From: Candidatus Latescibacterota bacterium
Lineage (GTDB): Bacteria > Latescibacterota > UBA2968 > UBA8231
DNA length: 64,000 nt
Assembly: GCA_965215195.1 (NCBI GenBank)
Contig: CBDCDC010000002.1
Location: forward strand, 1,472,001 to 1,536,000
Direction of reading: 5' to 3'
Shown here piece after piece: positions 1 to 10,349 of this stretch. The position numbers and the translations under genes are program-made. The notes beneath the pieces are model-generated. The model saw only the letters and a program-made list of their open reading frames with translations. It did not search any database and was not told where the DNA came from. Position 1 is the first letter of the stretch, and each line of letters opens with the position of its first letter.

Positions 1-358
1 CGTTGACCGCGGCAAATCCGGTCTCCATCTCACCGCGCACCTGCGCGATTTCCTTATCCACCTGGGCAAAACCGGCGTCCATCTTGCCGTTGACCGCGGC
101 AAACCCGGTCTCCATTTCGCCGCGCACCTGCGCGATTTCCTTATCCACCCGCACGAATCCCTCGCGCATTTCGCCGCGCACCTGCACGATTTCTTTATCC
201 ACCCGCACGAATCCCTCGCGCATTTCGCCGCGCACTTGGGCAAAACCCTCGCGCATCTTGCCGTTCATCTCGGCCAATTTCGCATCGGCTTGCGCCGACT
301 TCGTGTGCATTTCGCCGCGCACTTGGGCGACCTCGGTGCGGACGTTCTCTTCAGCCAT
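1..358 (-). CDS. Coiled-coil repeat protein (DUF1640/CCDC90-like), 3' end outside the window
   Basis: Reverse strand reads MAEENVRTEVAQVRGEM...MREGFVRVDKEIAQVRGEMETGFAAVNGKMDAGFAQVDKEIAQVRGEM; AGGAG RBS upstream of the ATG at 358. Not in the ORF track because it is truncated by the window edge. Confidence 0.7.
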   Translation of the reverse strand, partial: MAEENVRTEVAQVRGEMHTKSAQADAKLAEMNGKMREGFAQVRGEMREGFVRVDKEIVQVRGEMREGFVRVDKEIAQVRGEMETGFAAVNGKMDAGFAQVDKEIAQVRGEMETGFAAVN

Positions 359-388
359 GAGCCTGCTCCTTTCAGCAAGTGAAGTTAC

Positions 389-423
389 TAACTGATGTTA
401 CGCACGCTGCGTAACGTCAGTTA
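389..423. repeat. REP-like palindrome, family A, copy 1
   Basis: TAACTGATGTTACGCA-CGC-TGCGTAACGTCAGTTA inverted repeat; near-identical copy at 51773-51804. Confidence 0.7.
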
Positions 424-587
424 ATAAGCTGCTAGGCTGGAAAAAGTAACGAATGGTAGGGTCCCAATAAACCCCTAAGATGCGACCACCGCCGCCCTAA
501 AACTATTCCTTTTATAGCGTCGCCACCCCTCGGTGCTTCTTGACAAGGATGTACCGTTACGCTAGCATCTTTACATACTCCAACGCC

Positions 588-1253
588 ATGTTAGCCGTCC
601 GCACCCTCAAGACGGTGCTCGCTCCCGCCCTCATTTTGCTTCCCTCCCCCAACCCAAGCGTCGTGCGCGATATGGCCCGCGACATCGACAGCTTGCAACG
701 CGCCGAGTGCGAATACCGGGGCATTGCGGCCCGCTTCGACGAGCTCACCCGCGCCTATATCCTGCAAGTGTACGAGGGCGGCCAACTGCTCCGCTGGCAG
801 GCCCAGCCCAGCCCGTACAACCCCGAGACCGAGACCTTGGTCACCGCCGTCTTTACCGCGGCCGGCCCCAAGGCCGCCGCTCCGGTGCCCGAGTTGGCCC
901 ACCTCCGCGCCCACAGCGGAGTGAGTGCCGGGGTCACCTGGCGTTACAGCAAATTAGCCGCTGTGCGGGTCGCGCCCCACGGCGACTTGGCCCGCGACGC
1001 CATGGCCGTGTTTAGAGCCACGGTTGACGGCTTTGTCGAGCGCATGGTGTACGCGCCCGCCGGCGGTGCGCTGTGCGCCGCGCCCGCTCCGAGTGCCCCG
1101 GTGCTGGCCCGCGTTGAGGCGGGCGCGGTCCTGCTCGTCGAGGAAGAGCGAGCCGGCTACGTGCGTGTGCGCCAGCCGCCAGCGGCTGCGGCCGGGTGGC
1201 TGGAGCGCAGGCATGTGCGAGCAATTGAGAAGGCCGATGGACGCGCTCATTGA
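588..1253 (+). CDS. Hypothetical protein with C-terminal SH3b-like domain
   Basis: C-terminal [26 protein letters not shown]...GWLERRHV resembles bacterial SH3; start uncertain. Confidence 0.5.
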   Translation: MLAVRTLKTVLAPALILLPSPNPSVVRDMARDIDSLQRAECEYRGIAARFDELTRAYILQVYEGGQLLRWQAQPSPYNPETETLVTAVFTAAGPKAAAPVPELAHLRAHSGVSAGVTWRYSKLAAVRVAPHGDLARDAMAVFRATVDGFVERMVYAPAGGALCAAPAPSAPVLARVEAGAVLLVEEERAGYVRVRQPPAAAAGWLERRHVRAIEKADGRAH

Positions 1254-1935
1254 AATGCACAACTTGACCAAGACCTACGACATGGGGGCGACTGCGGTCC
1301 ACGCGCTCAGCGAGGTGGATCTCTGGGTGGCCGCCGGCGAATACGTGGCCATCATGGGGCCGTCGGGATCGGGCAAGAGCACCCTGCTCAACATCCTCGG
1401 CTGCCTCGACGTGCCCACCTCGGGCCGCTACGCGCTCGGCAACGCCCTCGTCAGCGAGATGGAAGACGACGACTTGGCGCGGATCCGCAATCGGGAGATC
1501 GGCTTTGTCTTCCAAACCTTTAATCTCCTGCCTCGCGCCAATGCCTTGGGCAATGTCGAGCTGCCGCTGATCTACAGCGGCCTGCCGGCGCACCAACGCC
1601 GCGCGCGGGCCGCCCGCGCCCTCGCGTCCGTGGGCTTGGCCGATCGCATTGAGCACCGGCCCAACGAGCTGTCCGGCGGCCAGCGGCAGCGCGTAGCCAT
1701 TGCGCGCGCCCTCGTCAATAAGCCCTCCATCATCCTCGCCGACGAGCCGACCGGCGCTCTCGACTCCCGCACCGGCGACGAAATCATGGATCTCTTCGAC
1801 CAAGTACACGCTGCGGGCAACACCATCCTCCTCGTGACGCACGAAGAGCACCTCGCCCGGCGCAGTCGCCGCATCGTCCGCTTCCGCGATGGTCGCATCG
1901 AAAGCGATGGCCCGACCGAGGAGGCCGTCCGATGA
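1237..1935 (+). CDS. ABC transporter ATP-binding protein (MacB/LolD family)
   Basis: Walker A GPSGSGKS, signature [20 protein letters not shown]. Confidence 0.95.
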   Translation: MDALIEMHNLTKTYDMGATAVHALSEVDLWVAAGEYVAIMGPSGSGKSTLLNILGCLDVPTSGRYALGNALVSEMEDDDLARIRNREIGFVFQTFNLLPRANALGNVELPLIYSGLPAHQRRARAARALASVGLADRIEHRPNELSGGQRQRVAIARALVNKPSIILADEPTGALDSRTGDEIMDLFDQVHAAGNTILLVTHEEHLARRSRRIVRFRDGRIESDGPTEEAVR

Positions 1936-3116
1936 GAGCCGTCTTTTGCATCCTAGTCCTGTGCGCCTGTCAGGGGGCACCGCCCGACCTGCCCACGGCC
2001 GAGGTCGTGCGCGGCGATTTTGCAGTGACGCACGTTGAGGGGGGCGAGGTGCGTGCGGCCAGCGGCGAAGTCGTGATGTCGCCGCGCATCGGCGGCCGGC
2101 TCAAAATCGTCCACCTCTGGCCCGAAGGCGAGCAAGTGGATGTCGGCGATTTGATCCTCCAGTTCGACCCGGCCGAGTTTGAACGGGAGATGCTCGACCG
2201 CGAGGGCCAGCTCGAACGGGCCCACTCGGACTTTGTCAGGGCCAAGGCCGAGCGCGAGCAACGCCTCGCCGACATCAAGCGCAAAATTGAGCAGCAGGAA
2301 GCCGAGCTACAGCTCGCCAAGCTCAATCGGGAACGCCAGAAATTCGCCTCCACCATCGAGCAAGAGCAAGGGCGCATCAACTTGCAGAAGGCCCGGCGCA
2401 CCACGGCCGAAGCGCGGCAGGAGTCCGTAGCCCAAGAAGTGGTCAACCGCGTGGATTTTCGCAAGCACGAACTGAACATCGCCCGCCGGCAGGAGCGCTA
2501 CGAAAGGGCGCGGCGCGACTACGAACGCACCAGCATCTATGCGGCCAAACCGGGCATTGTGGTCTATCGCAAAATCTGGAAACCGGGCACCGACGAGGAG
2601 AGCAAAGTCGCGGTCGGCGACCAAGTCTGGGGCGGCCGCGCCCTGCTCGACATCCCGGACATGAGCGAGATGCAGGTGCAGTGCCTCATCGGGGAAATGG
2701 ACATCGAGCGCATGCGCGTCGGCCAGCGGGCCTTCATTCGCCTCGAAGCCTTCCCCGGACCGGTCTTCAACGGCACGGTAGCCGACATCGCGCCCATGGC
2801 CTCCCCCCAGCCCGGCGCACCGGACATCCACGTCTTTGAGCTGGTCATCGACATCGACGAGCAGGACGAGCGGCTCAAGCCGGGCATGTCCGCCGCAGTC
2901 GAAATCGTCCTCCACGCCATCCCCAACGCCCTGTCCGTGCCCCTAAACGCCGTCTTTGCCCGCGCTGACCGCTGGGTTGCCTATCGGCTCGAAGGCAGCG
3001 ATTTCGCCCCAGTGGAGGTGGAACTGTCCGCGCAAAACGCCACCGCGGTCGTGGTCGCCTCCGGCCTAGCCGAAGGCGATGTCGTCGCCCTCAAAGATCC
3101 CACTGCCCCCCGATGA
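1932..3116 (+). CDS. Efflux periplasmic adaptor (MFP/HlyD family)
   Basis: Lipoyl-like GEQVDVGD, coiled-coil hairpin, LKPGMSA and GLAEGD motifs; ATGA overlap with the ATPase. Confidence 0.85.
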   Translation: MRAVFCILVLCACQGAPPDLPTAEVVRGDFAVTHVEGGEVRAASGEVVMSPRIGGRLKIVHLWPEGEQVDVGDLILQFDPAEFEREMLDREGQLERAHSDFVRAKAEREQRLADIKRKIEQQEAELQLAKLNRERQKFASTIEQEQGRINLQKARRTTAEARQESVAQEVVNRVDFRKHELNIARRQERYERARRDYERTSIYAAKPGIVVYRKIWKPGTDEESKVAVGDQVWGGRALLDIPDMSEMQVQCLIGEMDIERMRVGQRAFIRLEAFPGPVFNGTVADIAPMASPQPGAPDIHVFELVIDIDEQDERLKPGMSAAVEIVLHAIPNALSVPLNAVFARADRWVAYRLEGSDFAPVEVELSAQNATAVVVASGLAEGDVVALKDPTAPR

Positions 3117-4479
3117 GGTTGTCTTGACCCCCGCTCCTAGTGCCAACAGCCGCCGCAAGTGGTGGATCGCCGCGCTTTGCGCGATCGCGGTTTTGGCCGC
3201 GGCGTTTATCGCCTCTCAGCAGATGCTCGACGAAGCCGCGTCCTCCATCCCCTCCTACCCAGTCCAGCAGGGCGAGTTCGTCATCTCCTTGCAGCTCAAA
3301 GGCGGCGAACTCGAAGCCGTGGAGGCCGAAAACATCGTCGCGCCCCGCGTGCGCGGCCAGCTCAAGATCGTGGAGCTGTTTCCCGAGGGCGAGCAAGTCG
3401 CCGTCGGGGATCTGCTCGTCCAGTTTGAGCAAACCGACTTTCAGAAGCGGGTCATGGACGCTGAGCAACAAGTTGAGTCCGCACGGGCCGACTTAGAGAA
3501 AACCCGGGCCACCCAGAAAGCCGAGATCGTCAAACTCGAAGCCGACATCCAAAACCAAGAGGCCAACTTGCGCCTCGCCGAACTCCAAGTCGAACGCATG
3601 GTCTTTGAGGCCACCGTGCAAAAAGAGGAGGCCCAAATCGAGGCCCACAAAGCGAAACTGAGCTACCAGCAAGCCGTCGAGAAACTAGCGTCGCAACAGG
3701 TGGTCAACAACGCCGAGGTCAAAAAGCGCCAGCTCGAAATCGAGCGCCACGAGCGCGAGCTAGACAAGGCCCGCAAGGAACTGGCGAGCACGACCATCAA
3801 GGCCGAAAAACCCGGCTTGGTGGTGTACGGCAAGGTGTGGAAGGGCGAGCGGCCGGAAAAAGTGCGCGTCGGCGACGAGATCTGGGGCGGGGTCAAGGTC
3901 ATCTCCCTGCCCGACCTGTCGCAGATACAGGTCAAGACCTATGTCAACGAGGTCGAGGTCGATAAGCTCGACACCGGCCAAGTGGCCCTCATCAAGCTCG
4001 ACGCCCTGCCCGAACCCACCTTCCACGGCCGCATCAAAAGCATTGCCTCGCTCGGCCGCGAGAAGGAGGGCGAGAAAAACGTCAAGGTCTTCGATGTGGT
4101 GCTGGCCATAGAGGAGCAAGACGCCCGGCTCAAGCCCGGCATGACCGCAACCACCGAAGTCATCGTCGAGACCATTCCGCCCAAGCCCCCAGTCCGGCCC
4201 GATTCCGTGCAGACCGCGGACGCCGAAGTAGTAGCCGACGCGCCCCTGCCCCTGTACATCCCCTTAGACGCGGTCTTTGAAAAGGACGGCCGCGCACTCG
4301 TCTATTGCCTCGTCAATGGCCAGCCCCAAGAGCGGGCCGTGACGCTGGGCAAGAAAAACGAGGACTTCGTCGTCGTTGAGCACGGGCTGGCCCCAGACGA
4401 CCGCGTCGCCCTGCGCGACCCGACCCAAGCGGCCGACCCCATCGGCGGCCTAGACGCAGACGCGCCCGCCGTGCGCTAA
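3079..4479 (+). CDS. Second efflux periplasmic adaptor (MFP family)
   Basis: N-terminal TM, GEQVAVGD, LKPGMTA; paralogous to the preceding gene; start uncertain. Confidence 0.85.
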   Translation: MSSPSKIPLPPDEVVLTPAPSANSRRKWWIAALCAIAVLAAAFIASQQMLDEAASSIPSYPVQQGEFVISLQLKGGELEAVEAENIVAPRVRGQLKIVELFPEGEQVAVGDLLVQFEQTDFQKRVMDAEQQVESARADLEKTRATQKAEIVKLEADIQNQEANLRLAELQVERMVFEATVQKEEAQIEAHKAKLSYQQAVEKLASQQVVNNAEVKKRQLEIERHERELDKARKELASTTIKAEKPGLVVYGKVWKGERPEKVRVGDEIWGGVKVISLPDLSQIQVKTYVNEVEVDKLDTGQVALIKLDALPEPTFHGRIKSIASLGREKEGEKNVKVFDVVLAIEEQDARLKPGMTATTEVIVETIPPKPPVRPDSVQTADAEVVADAPLPLYIPLDAVFEKDGRALVYCLVNGQPQERAVTLGKKNEDFVVVEHGLAPDDRVALRDPTQAADPIGGLDADAPAVR

Positions 4480-4482
4480 TCC

Positions 4483-5730
4483 ATGCAATTGCGCGAAACC
4501 GCCGCCTTGAGCTGGGTCGGGCTGCTCTCGCACAAGTTGCGGACTTTGCTGACCATGCTCGGCATTGTCTTTGGCGTGGCCGCGGTCATCGCCATGCTGT
4601 CCATCGGCGAGGGCGCCAAACAGGAATCCCTCGAACAGATCCGCCAGATGGGCATTAGCAACATCATCGTCCAGCACTGGGCAAAAGACGAGGACGGAGC
4701 AGGCGCAGCCACCGACGCCGACCACAACCGCTCGGCCGGCCTGACTTGGGACGACGCCCGCTCCATCGCCACAATCTGCCTGTTGGCCGAGTACGCCACT
4801 CCCCAGCGCGAGGTCAAGGTCAAGGCCCAAGCCCAAGGCAACACCTTTCACACCATGGCGGTGGGCACCACGCCCGACTATCTGACCGTGCTCGACGCCC
4901 GCATGAAAAGCGGCGCGTTCTTCTCGGCGGCGGACGTGCGCGACGCCAAGCGCGTTTGCGTGTTGGGCGCGGACGTCAAGCGGGCACTGTTCTTTTTAGA
5001 CGATCCCCTCGGCGGCCGGGTCAAAATCCGCAACCAGTGGTTTACGGTCATCGGCGTACTCCAAGACAAGGGCGCGGCCGGCGGCAAAATTGGCGGGGTG
5101 CTCGAAGTGCGCAACACCGACGAGGACATCTACGTCCCGCTGACGGCCCTGCTCAACCGCTTCCCCTCGGAGCCGGGCGAGCCCGAGCTGACCCAAATCA
5201 CCGTCAAAATCCCCAACTCCGACCAATTGCCAGAGGCCGCAGCCATCGTCCGCACCATCCTCAACCGCCGGCATCGCGGCGTCGAGGACTTTAAGATCGC
5301 CATTCCCGAAGAGCTGTTGCGCCAGAGCCAGAAAACCCAGCAGATCTTCAACATCGTCATGGGCTGCATCGCCGGCATCTCCCTGTTGGTCGGCGGCATC
5401 GGCATCATGAATATCATGCTGGCCTCAGTCCTCGAGCGCACGCGCGAAATCGGCATCCGCCGCGCCTTGGGTGCGCGCCGGCGCGACATCCTCGCGCAGT
5501 TTTTGGTCGAAGCGCTGCTGGTCAGCCTGATCGGCGGCCTGCTTGGGGTGATGCTGGGCTACGCCATCCCGGAAGTGATCACCCTGTACGCGGGCTGGCG
5601 CACCATTGTCCAGCCGTGGACGATTGCCCTCGCCTTTGGGGTCTCGGCCGCGGTCGGCATTGGCTTTGGCATCTACCCGGCCCGCCAAGCCGCCCTTCTC
5701 AACCCCATAGACGCCCTGCGCTACGAATAG
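4483..5730 (+). CDS. ABC transporter permease (MacB/FtsX family)
   Basis: RTLLTMLGIVFGVAAVI, GGIGIMNIML, ERTREIGIRRALGA, PIDALRYE. Confidence 0.95.
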   Translation: MQLRETAALSWVGLLSHKLRTLLTMLGIVFGVAAVIAMLSIGEGAKQESLEQIRQMGISNIIVQHWAKDEDGAGAATDADHNRSAGLTWDDARSIATICLLAEYATPQREVKVKAQAQGNTFHTMAVGTTPDYLTVLDARMKSGAFFSAADVRDAKRVCVLGADVKRALFFLDDPLGGRVKIRNQWFTVIGVLQDKGAAGGKIGGVLEVRNTDEDIYVPLTALLNRFPSEPGEPELTQITVKIPNSDQLPEAAAIVRTILNRRHRGVEDFKIAIPEELLRQSQKTQQIFNIVMGCIAGISLLVGGIGIMNIMLASVLERTREIGIRRALGARRRDILAQFLVEALLVSLIGGLLGVMLGYAIPEVITLYAGWRTIVQPWTIALAFGVSAAVGIGFGIYPARQAALLNPIDALRYE

Positions 5731-5753
5731 GAATAACGATCGTTATTCCCTAC
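5728..5753. repeat. REP-like palindrome, family B, copy 1 (may act as terminator)
   Basis: GGAATAACGATCGTTATTCC perfect palindrome followed by CTACTTTTT; related to 49348-49375. Confidence 0.6.
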
Positions 5754-5812
5754 TTTTTGACGAAGGCCGCGTAGCCTTTCTTACTCATCCCACCCGCAAG
5801 CGAGGAGGTCGC

Positions 5813-6001
5813 ATGATCCGCTTTAAGAGAGAAGAAATCGAACAGATGCTCGAAGAGCGCAAACCCGAAATCAACCTGACCACCTATCAGCACATCAAAA
5901 AGGCCATCGACCAAGGCACCGAGGACATGGACCCGTACACCTTGTCCAATATATGCCGGGACCTCAAGTGCCTGCCCACCGACATCGTCGAATATGTCTG
6001 A
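5813..6001 (+). CDS. Small Cro/C1-like (HTH_26-like) protein
   Basis: GAGGAGG RBS; C-terminal TLSNICRDLKCLPTDIVEY typical of YozG-like HTH proteins. Confidence 0.55.
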   Translation: MIRFKREEIEQMLEERKPEINLTTYQHIKKAIDQGTEDMDPYTLSNICRDLKCLPTDIVEYV

Positions 6002-6040
6002 GGGCCTCCTTGCTCGGCACAACCGCTCGGGCACGTCCCA

Positions 6041-6400
6041 ATGCAGGCCCTAGGTCGTCATCTGCTCGTCGATCTCTACGGCTGCGACCGCGAGCGGCTC
6101 GACGACCCAGACTATATTGCAGCCGAGTTGCAGGCCGCGGCCACAGCGGCCGGCACTCGCGTCTTGGGCACGGCGTTTCATCGCTTTAGTCCGGGCGGCG
6201 TCACCGGTGTGCTCATCGTCCAAGAGAGCCACTTGGCCATCCACACGTGGCCCGAGCGCGGCTATGCCGCCCTCGACCTCTTTACCTGCGGCCACCAGAC
6301 CGACCCGTGGGCGGCCTATCAACGGCTCAAGTGCGCCTTTGGCGCAACGAGGGACAATGTAGTGGAAGTAAGCCGAGGGTTGCACGTGATTAGCGGCTAG
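6041..6400 (+). CDS. speD: S-adenosylmethionine decarboxylase proenzyme
   Basis: GRHLLVDLYGC, self-cleavage ESHLAIHTWPE, DLFTCG. Confidence 0.92.
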   Translation: MQALGRHLLVDLYGCDRERLDDPDYIAAELQAAATAAGTRVLGTAFHRFSPGGVTGVLIVQESHLAIHTWPERGYAALDLFTCGHQTDPWAAYQRLKCAFGATRDNVVEVSRGLHVISG

Positions 6401-6435
6401 TGGCTCGTGCTGAGAAGCTGTTGACCTTAGTACCC

Positions 6436-6488
6436 TTCCGCCGGGTGCGCGGTCAGCCTGCCCGCCAACAGGGACTATTGTTTATCAA
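6436..6488. repeat. 53-bp dispersed intergenic repeat, family C, copy 1
   Basis: 50/53 identical to 22894-22946. Confidence 0.8.
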
Positions 6489-6522
6489 TTATCAGGCGAT
6501 CTGAGGTCCGCCAATGCAAACG

Positions 6523-7869
6523 TCAGTCCACCTCGACTAATTGCCGCGCCAGTGAGCCCTCGCGCGTCAGGGCGTACACCAAGAGATTGACGCCCAAATT
6601 ATACACTAACGGCTCCTCGGCACTGGCGAGAATCGAGTGGTTGATGACGCCATTAGCCGAAGACCAATCGAGGATCTCCCGACCGATGCCCGCCCAGAAG
6701 TCGGCGTAGTTCCGCATCGAATACACCCCCACCAACTGGTCCCCAACTACGATGCCCTCCAAATAGTCCGGGGTACGGGGCGGGTAGTCTTGTCCCCCAT
6801 TTACAAAGTGCATATCGCGCATCCCGCGCGGCAGGCTGTTTACATCGTAGAAGCAATGATAGAGCGGATGGGTTAGCTCTAGGCGTCTAAACTGCCAATC
6901 CTTCCATTCTCGATAGCCCACCGCTTGCAAGCTGGCGCGAATGAGGGAACGCACCGCCGGAATGTCTAATTCGTCGTCGCGGTAATTGTCCCACAACATG
7001 CTGACAATATCCACAAACAGGAAGCCGCCACCGGTCAAATACGCCCCTAAATTGGCCGCCTCGCTGTCGGTAAAATCAAAGGGAGTATTGGCGGTCAGCA
7101 GCACGAAGGGCACCTGCAAAAGCTGCGGGTCATCGAGCCGAACCGCGTCGCGCACTTCGACGTGAACCTGCGTCGTGGCGACCATCTTATCGGCCAACCC
7201 TTGCAGCATCCGCCGTTCTACCATCTGGCGCGGCATCTGGTGATACCAGCGCACTTGTATGTTTTCAGCCCGTACACTCTCTTCAGCCCGTTCGATGGAA
7301 GGGCTGTAGAGGTTGGACATATAGAGGAAGCCCTTGAGCTGACGCCGATCCTGGGGATCGACGACCACCATGGCCCGGTGCCGACCCGTGTCCAGCGCCT
7401 GCACATCCATCAGCTCCAAGGCCAAGTCAATCTCGTCGGCCCCTTGTCGGACTCCTTCCAACGCCCCCGCCTGCATCTGCGGACCAATCTGCCGCGCCGG
7501 GAAATCCGGCACCGGCACCTCCAGCCGATCCGGCAGCGATGCCGACGGCAGCCGAAGCGCCGATGTTTTGAACACCGGCAGGGGCCGCGACGCCGACGGC
7601 GCCGGCCGCATCGCCACCACCGGGGCCGCTTGCAGGGCGGCGCGACGCACCAACGGACGCTGCTGGGGACGCTGCCGCCGGGCGAGGGTGCGCGGCAACG
7701 GACGCTTCTTGGTAAACTTCACCATGATCGGCGGTTGCAAGGGAAAGTGGGTGACCCGCTCGTAGCGCGGAATTCCCAAGATCACCAGCAGATGCAAGGC
7801 CAGCGACAGCGCCAAGCAGCTTTGCAGCTTTCTATTGCTTCGGAATGGTACTTTCCACGGTCGTCTCAT
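6523..7869 (-). CDS. DUF4159-domain membrane-anchored protein
   Basis: N-terminal TM; LGAYLTGGGFLFVD, HPLYHCFYD, GVNLLVYALT; paralogue of 45227-46450. Confidence 0.7.
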   Translation of the reverse strand: MRRPWKVPFRSNRKLQSCLALSLALHLLVILGIPRYERVTHFPLQPPIMVKFTKKRPLPRTLARRQRPQQRPLVRRAALQAAPVVAMRPAPSASRPLPVFKTSALRLPSASLPDRLEVPVPDFPARQIGPQMQAGALEGVRQGADEIDLALELMDVQALDTGRHRAMVVVDPQDRRQLKGFLYMSNLYSPSIERAEESVRAENIQVRWYHQMPRQMVERRMLQGLADKMVATTQVHVEVRDAVRLDDPQLLQVPFVLLTANTPFDFTDSEAANLGAYLTGGGFLFVDIVSMLWDNYRDDELDIPAVRSLIRASLQAVGYREWKDWQFRRLELTHPLYHCFYDVNSLPRGMRDMHFVNGGQDYPPRTPDYLEGIVVGDQLVGVYSMRNYADFWAGIGREILDWSSANGVINHSILASAEEPLVYNLGVNLLVYALTREGSLARQLVEVD

Positions 7870-8034
7870 CGGCTCACGTCCCTTCGCAAAGCAGGATTAA
7901 ACCGGCGTAAATCCAGTATATATGGATGCTTGGGCGATCCCATGACGACGTCTTCGGACGCTGCATCCCGTACACGCGCTCCAGGGTGCCTTCGGCGCGA
8001 CAAGGGACAAGGTAGTGGAAATAAGCCGCATTCA

Positions 8035-8916
8035 CTATTCTTCGCCTTCTAACATGCTGCGCAAATAGAGCCGGAACGCCTCGGCGCGGTCTTCAACCAC
8101 GGCCCGCAACTGGAGGATTTCCTGCTGGCGGGCCTTCAGCTTGTGAATTTTCAATGCGACTTCGGCGATCGACGATTCGAGATCAAATTCGGCCAAGGAC
8201 TCGTCGCGGCCGAGAAACCGCACCTGCTCGCGCGGCTGTTCCCCGCTCACCAAAATCCGCTCCCTCGGCCGCTGCGCTTTGGCCCGCGCCTGTTCGGCCC
8301 GGGCGCACAGCCGGTACTCGTCCTCCAAGCGGCGCAGCAGGTCGGCGTTGGTGCTCCATTCGGCCTTGAGGCGGTCGGCAATATCCTCTAATAGCTCTTG
8401 TTTTTGCTGAATCTCGTCCGGCCCGTCGTCCCCCTCGATCTTCATCTGCTCGCTGTAGTGCAGGTTCGCGCTGTAGATCCCGACCCCAAGCTGTTCCCGC
8501 GCCTCCTGATAGAGCGTGAGCTGGGCCGACAGGCCCCGGTCTGGCTGCTCGGCCAACTTCTGGATGAGTACGCCGATTTCCCAGTCGTACGCCAAGCGCA
8601 AGCGCTCGGCCAAACTGTCCTGCCGCGCCTCTAAAGCCACCAGCTTCCAGTCGACCTCGACCATGCGCTGCACCAACCCGAGCGAGGAGCACAGGGCTTC
8701 CCGCAGCGCCGCAGAATCCGGCTCTAGGCTGTCGATGCGGGCCGACAGCACTTCGGCTTCGGCCGCAACCTGCAAGCGCTGGCCAGCGAGGGAATCGCGC
8801 TGGCTCTCCAAGACGCGGTATTGGGCCTTTAGGTCGCCCAGCCCGGCCGCGTCCCCATGCGCGAATCCGGGCAGCACCAACCCCAAGGCCAACAAGAGAA
8901 TGAATGGGCTTTTCAT
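8035..8916 (-). CDS. Secreted coiled-coil hypothetical protein
   Basis: Signal peptide, heptad-rich; last gene of the two-component operon. Confidence 0.6.
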   Translation of the reverse strand: MKSPFILLLALGLVLPGFAHGDAAGLGDLKAQYRVLESQRDSLAGQRLQVAAEAEVLSARIDSLEPDSAALREALCSSLGLVQRMVEVDWKLVALEARQDSLAERLRLAYDWEIGVLIQKLAEQPDRGLSAQLTLYQEAREQLGVGIYSANLHYSEQMKIEGDDGPDEIQQKQELLEDIADRLKAEWSTNADLLRRLEDEYRLCARAEQARAKAQRPRERILVSGEQPREQVRFLGRDESLAEFDLESSIAEVALKIHKLKARQQEILQLRAVVEDRAEAFRLYLRSMLEGEE

Positions 8917-8918
8917 CG

Positions 8919-10349
8919 CTAATCTAGACCGTATTTGTCGAGTTTGTAGTACAGGGCACTGGTTTTGATGCCCAGCAGGGAAGCTGCCTTGGTCTTGACG
9001 TGCTGCGCTTCCTCCATCGCCCGCGCGATTAGGTCGCGCTCCACCTCGTCGAGGCGCTCGTTGAGCAGCAAGCCCCCGTCGTCCGCGGCCCCCGCCCCCT
9101 TGTCAAAGGTCAGCGGCAGATCGTGGTAGCCGATTTCCTCGCCGTCGACCAGCACCATTGTGCGCTCAATGACGTTTTCTAGCTCGCGCACATTGCCCGG
9201 CCACGGATAGCTTTTCAAGCCGGCTAGGGCTTCTTCAGTTAGACGCTTGGGCGGGATGTTCATTTCCCCACATTTTTTTTGCACAAAGTGTTTGACCAAC
9301 AACTCAATGTCCTCGCGCCGTTCCCGCAGCGGCGGCAAGGTGAGGGGAATGACCTCCAGCCGGTAGAAGAGATCCTCGCGGAAGGTGCCCTCTTCGACCA
9401 TGCGCTTGAGCGGCCGGTTGGTGGCCACCACCACCCGCGCATCTACGTCGAGCGGCTGCTCGCCCCCCACGCGGTCGAACTGCTTTTCCTGCAACACCCG
9501 CAACAGCCGCACTTGAGTCTCCAAAGGTACATCGCCGATTTCGTCCAAAAAAATCGTCCCCCCCTCGGCCAGCTCGAATTTGCCCTTCTTGCGCCGCACC
9601 GCGCTGGTAAAGGCCCCGCGCTCGTGCCCAAACAACTCGCTTTCGACCAACCCGGTCGGCAGGGCACCGCAGTTGACCTTGACGAACGGACCTTTGCTGC
9701 GGCTGCTCTGGTAGTGGATGGCGCGGGCGACCAACTCCTTGCCGGTGCCGCTTTCCCCGTAGATGAGCACCGACGACGACGACGACGCCACCTTATGCAC
9801 CCGCACGCGCACGGCCTTGATCTGCGGGGATTGGCCGACTATTTCACCGAAGTTGTAGCGGCTGTCGATCTCTTCGCGCAGGTAGCGGTTTTGCTCGAAT
9901 AAGTGCTCCCAGTCGCGCAGCTTGGCCTCGGCTTCCCGGTGGAGGGTTTGGGCTTCCCGCAGCTTGGCTTGGGCTTCCCGCAGCTTGGCGCGATAGTCGA
10001 GCCGCTTATTGACCTTCAGCCACAACTCGTCGGGCGGGAAGGGCTTGACGATAAAGTCTATCGCCCCCCGCTCCATGGCTTCAACGGCCAACTCGCGGGT
10101 GTCGTAGGCCGTCATCATCATCACGTCGGTGTCCGGTGCTCGGCGCTGTACCGCCTCCATCACCGCCAACCCGTCCATCTCCTCCATGCGGTAATCGGTA
10201 ATGATTAAGTCAAAGGGGCCGTCCTCCATCTGCGCCAAGCCCTCGGCACCGCTCACCACGGCAACGGCTCGGTGCCCCATCTTGTTCAAGCTCAGCACCA
10301 GCCCGTGGCCGAGGCTTTCGTTGTCGTCGATGATCAGAATCCTGCCCAT
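8919..10349 (-). CDS. Sigma-54-dependent response regulator (NtrC/AtoC family)
   Basis: REC domain, GESGTGKE, GAFTSA, FLDEIG, WPGNVRELEN, C-terminal HTH. Confidence 0.93.
   Translation of the reverse strand: MGRILIIDDNESLGHGLVLSLNKMGHRAVAVVSGAEGLAQMEDGPFDLIITDYRMEEMDGLAVMEAVQRRAPDTDVMMMTAYDTRELAVEAMERGAIDFIVKPFPPDELWLKVNKRLDYRAKLREAQAKLREAQTLHREAEAKLRDWEHLFEQNRYLREEIDSRYNFGEIVGQSPQIKAVRVRVHKVASSSSSVLIYGESGTGKELVARAIHYQSSRSKGPFVKVNCGALPTGLVESELFGHERGAFTSAVRRKKGKFELAEGGTIFLDEIGDVPLETQVRLLRVLQEKQFDRVGGEQPLDVDARVVVATNRPLKRMVEEGTFREDLFYRLEVIPLTLPPLRERREDIELLVKHFVQKKCGEMNIPPKRLTEEALAGLKSYPWPGNVRELENVIERTMVLVDGEEIGYHDLPLTFDKGAGAADDGGLLLNERLDEVERDLIARAMEEAQHVKTKAASLLGIKTSALYYKLDKYGLD

Noticed and set aside
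1-330. Possible CRISPR array
   Set aside because: Repeats are in-frame coding tandem units with no unique spacers; no cas genes.
3-395. Plus-strand 130-aa repetitive ORF
   Set aside because: Antisense shadow of the minus-strand coiled-coil gene, which has the RBS and sensible composition.
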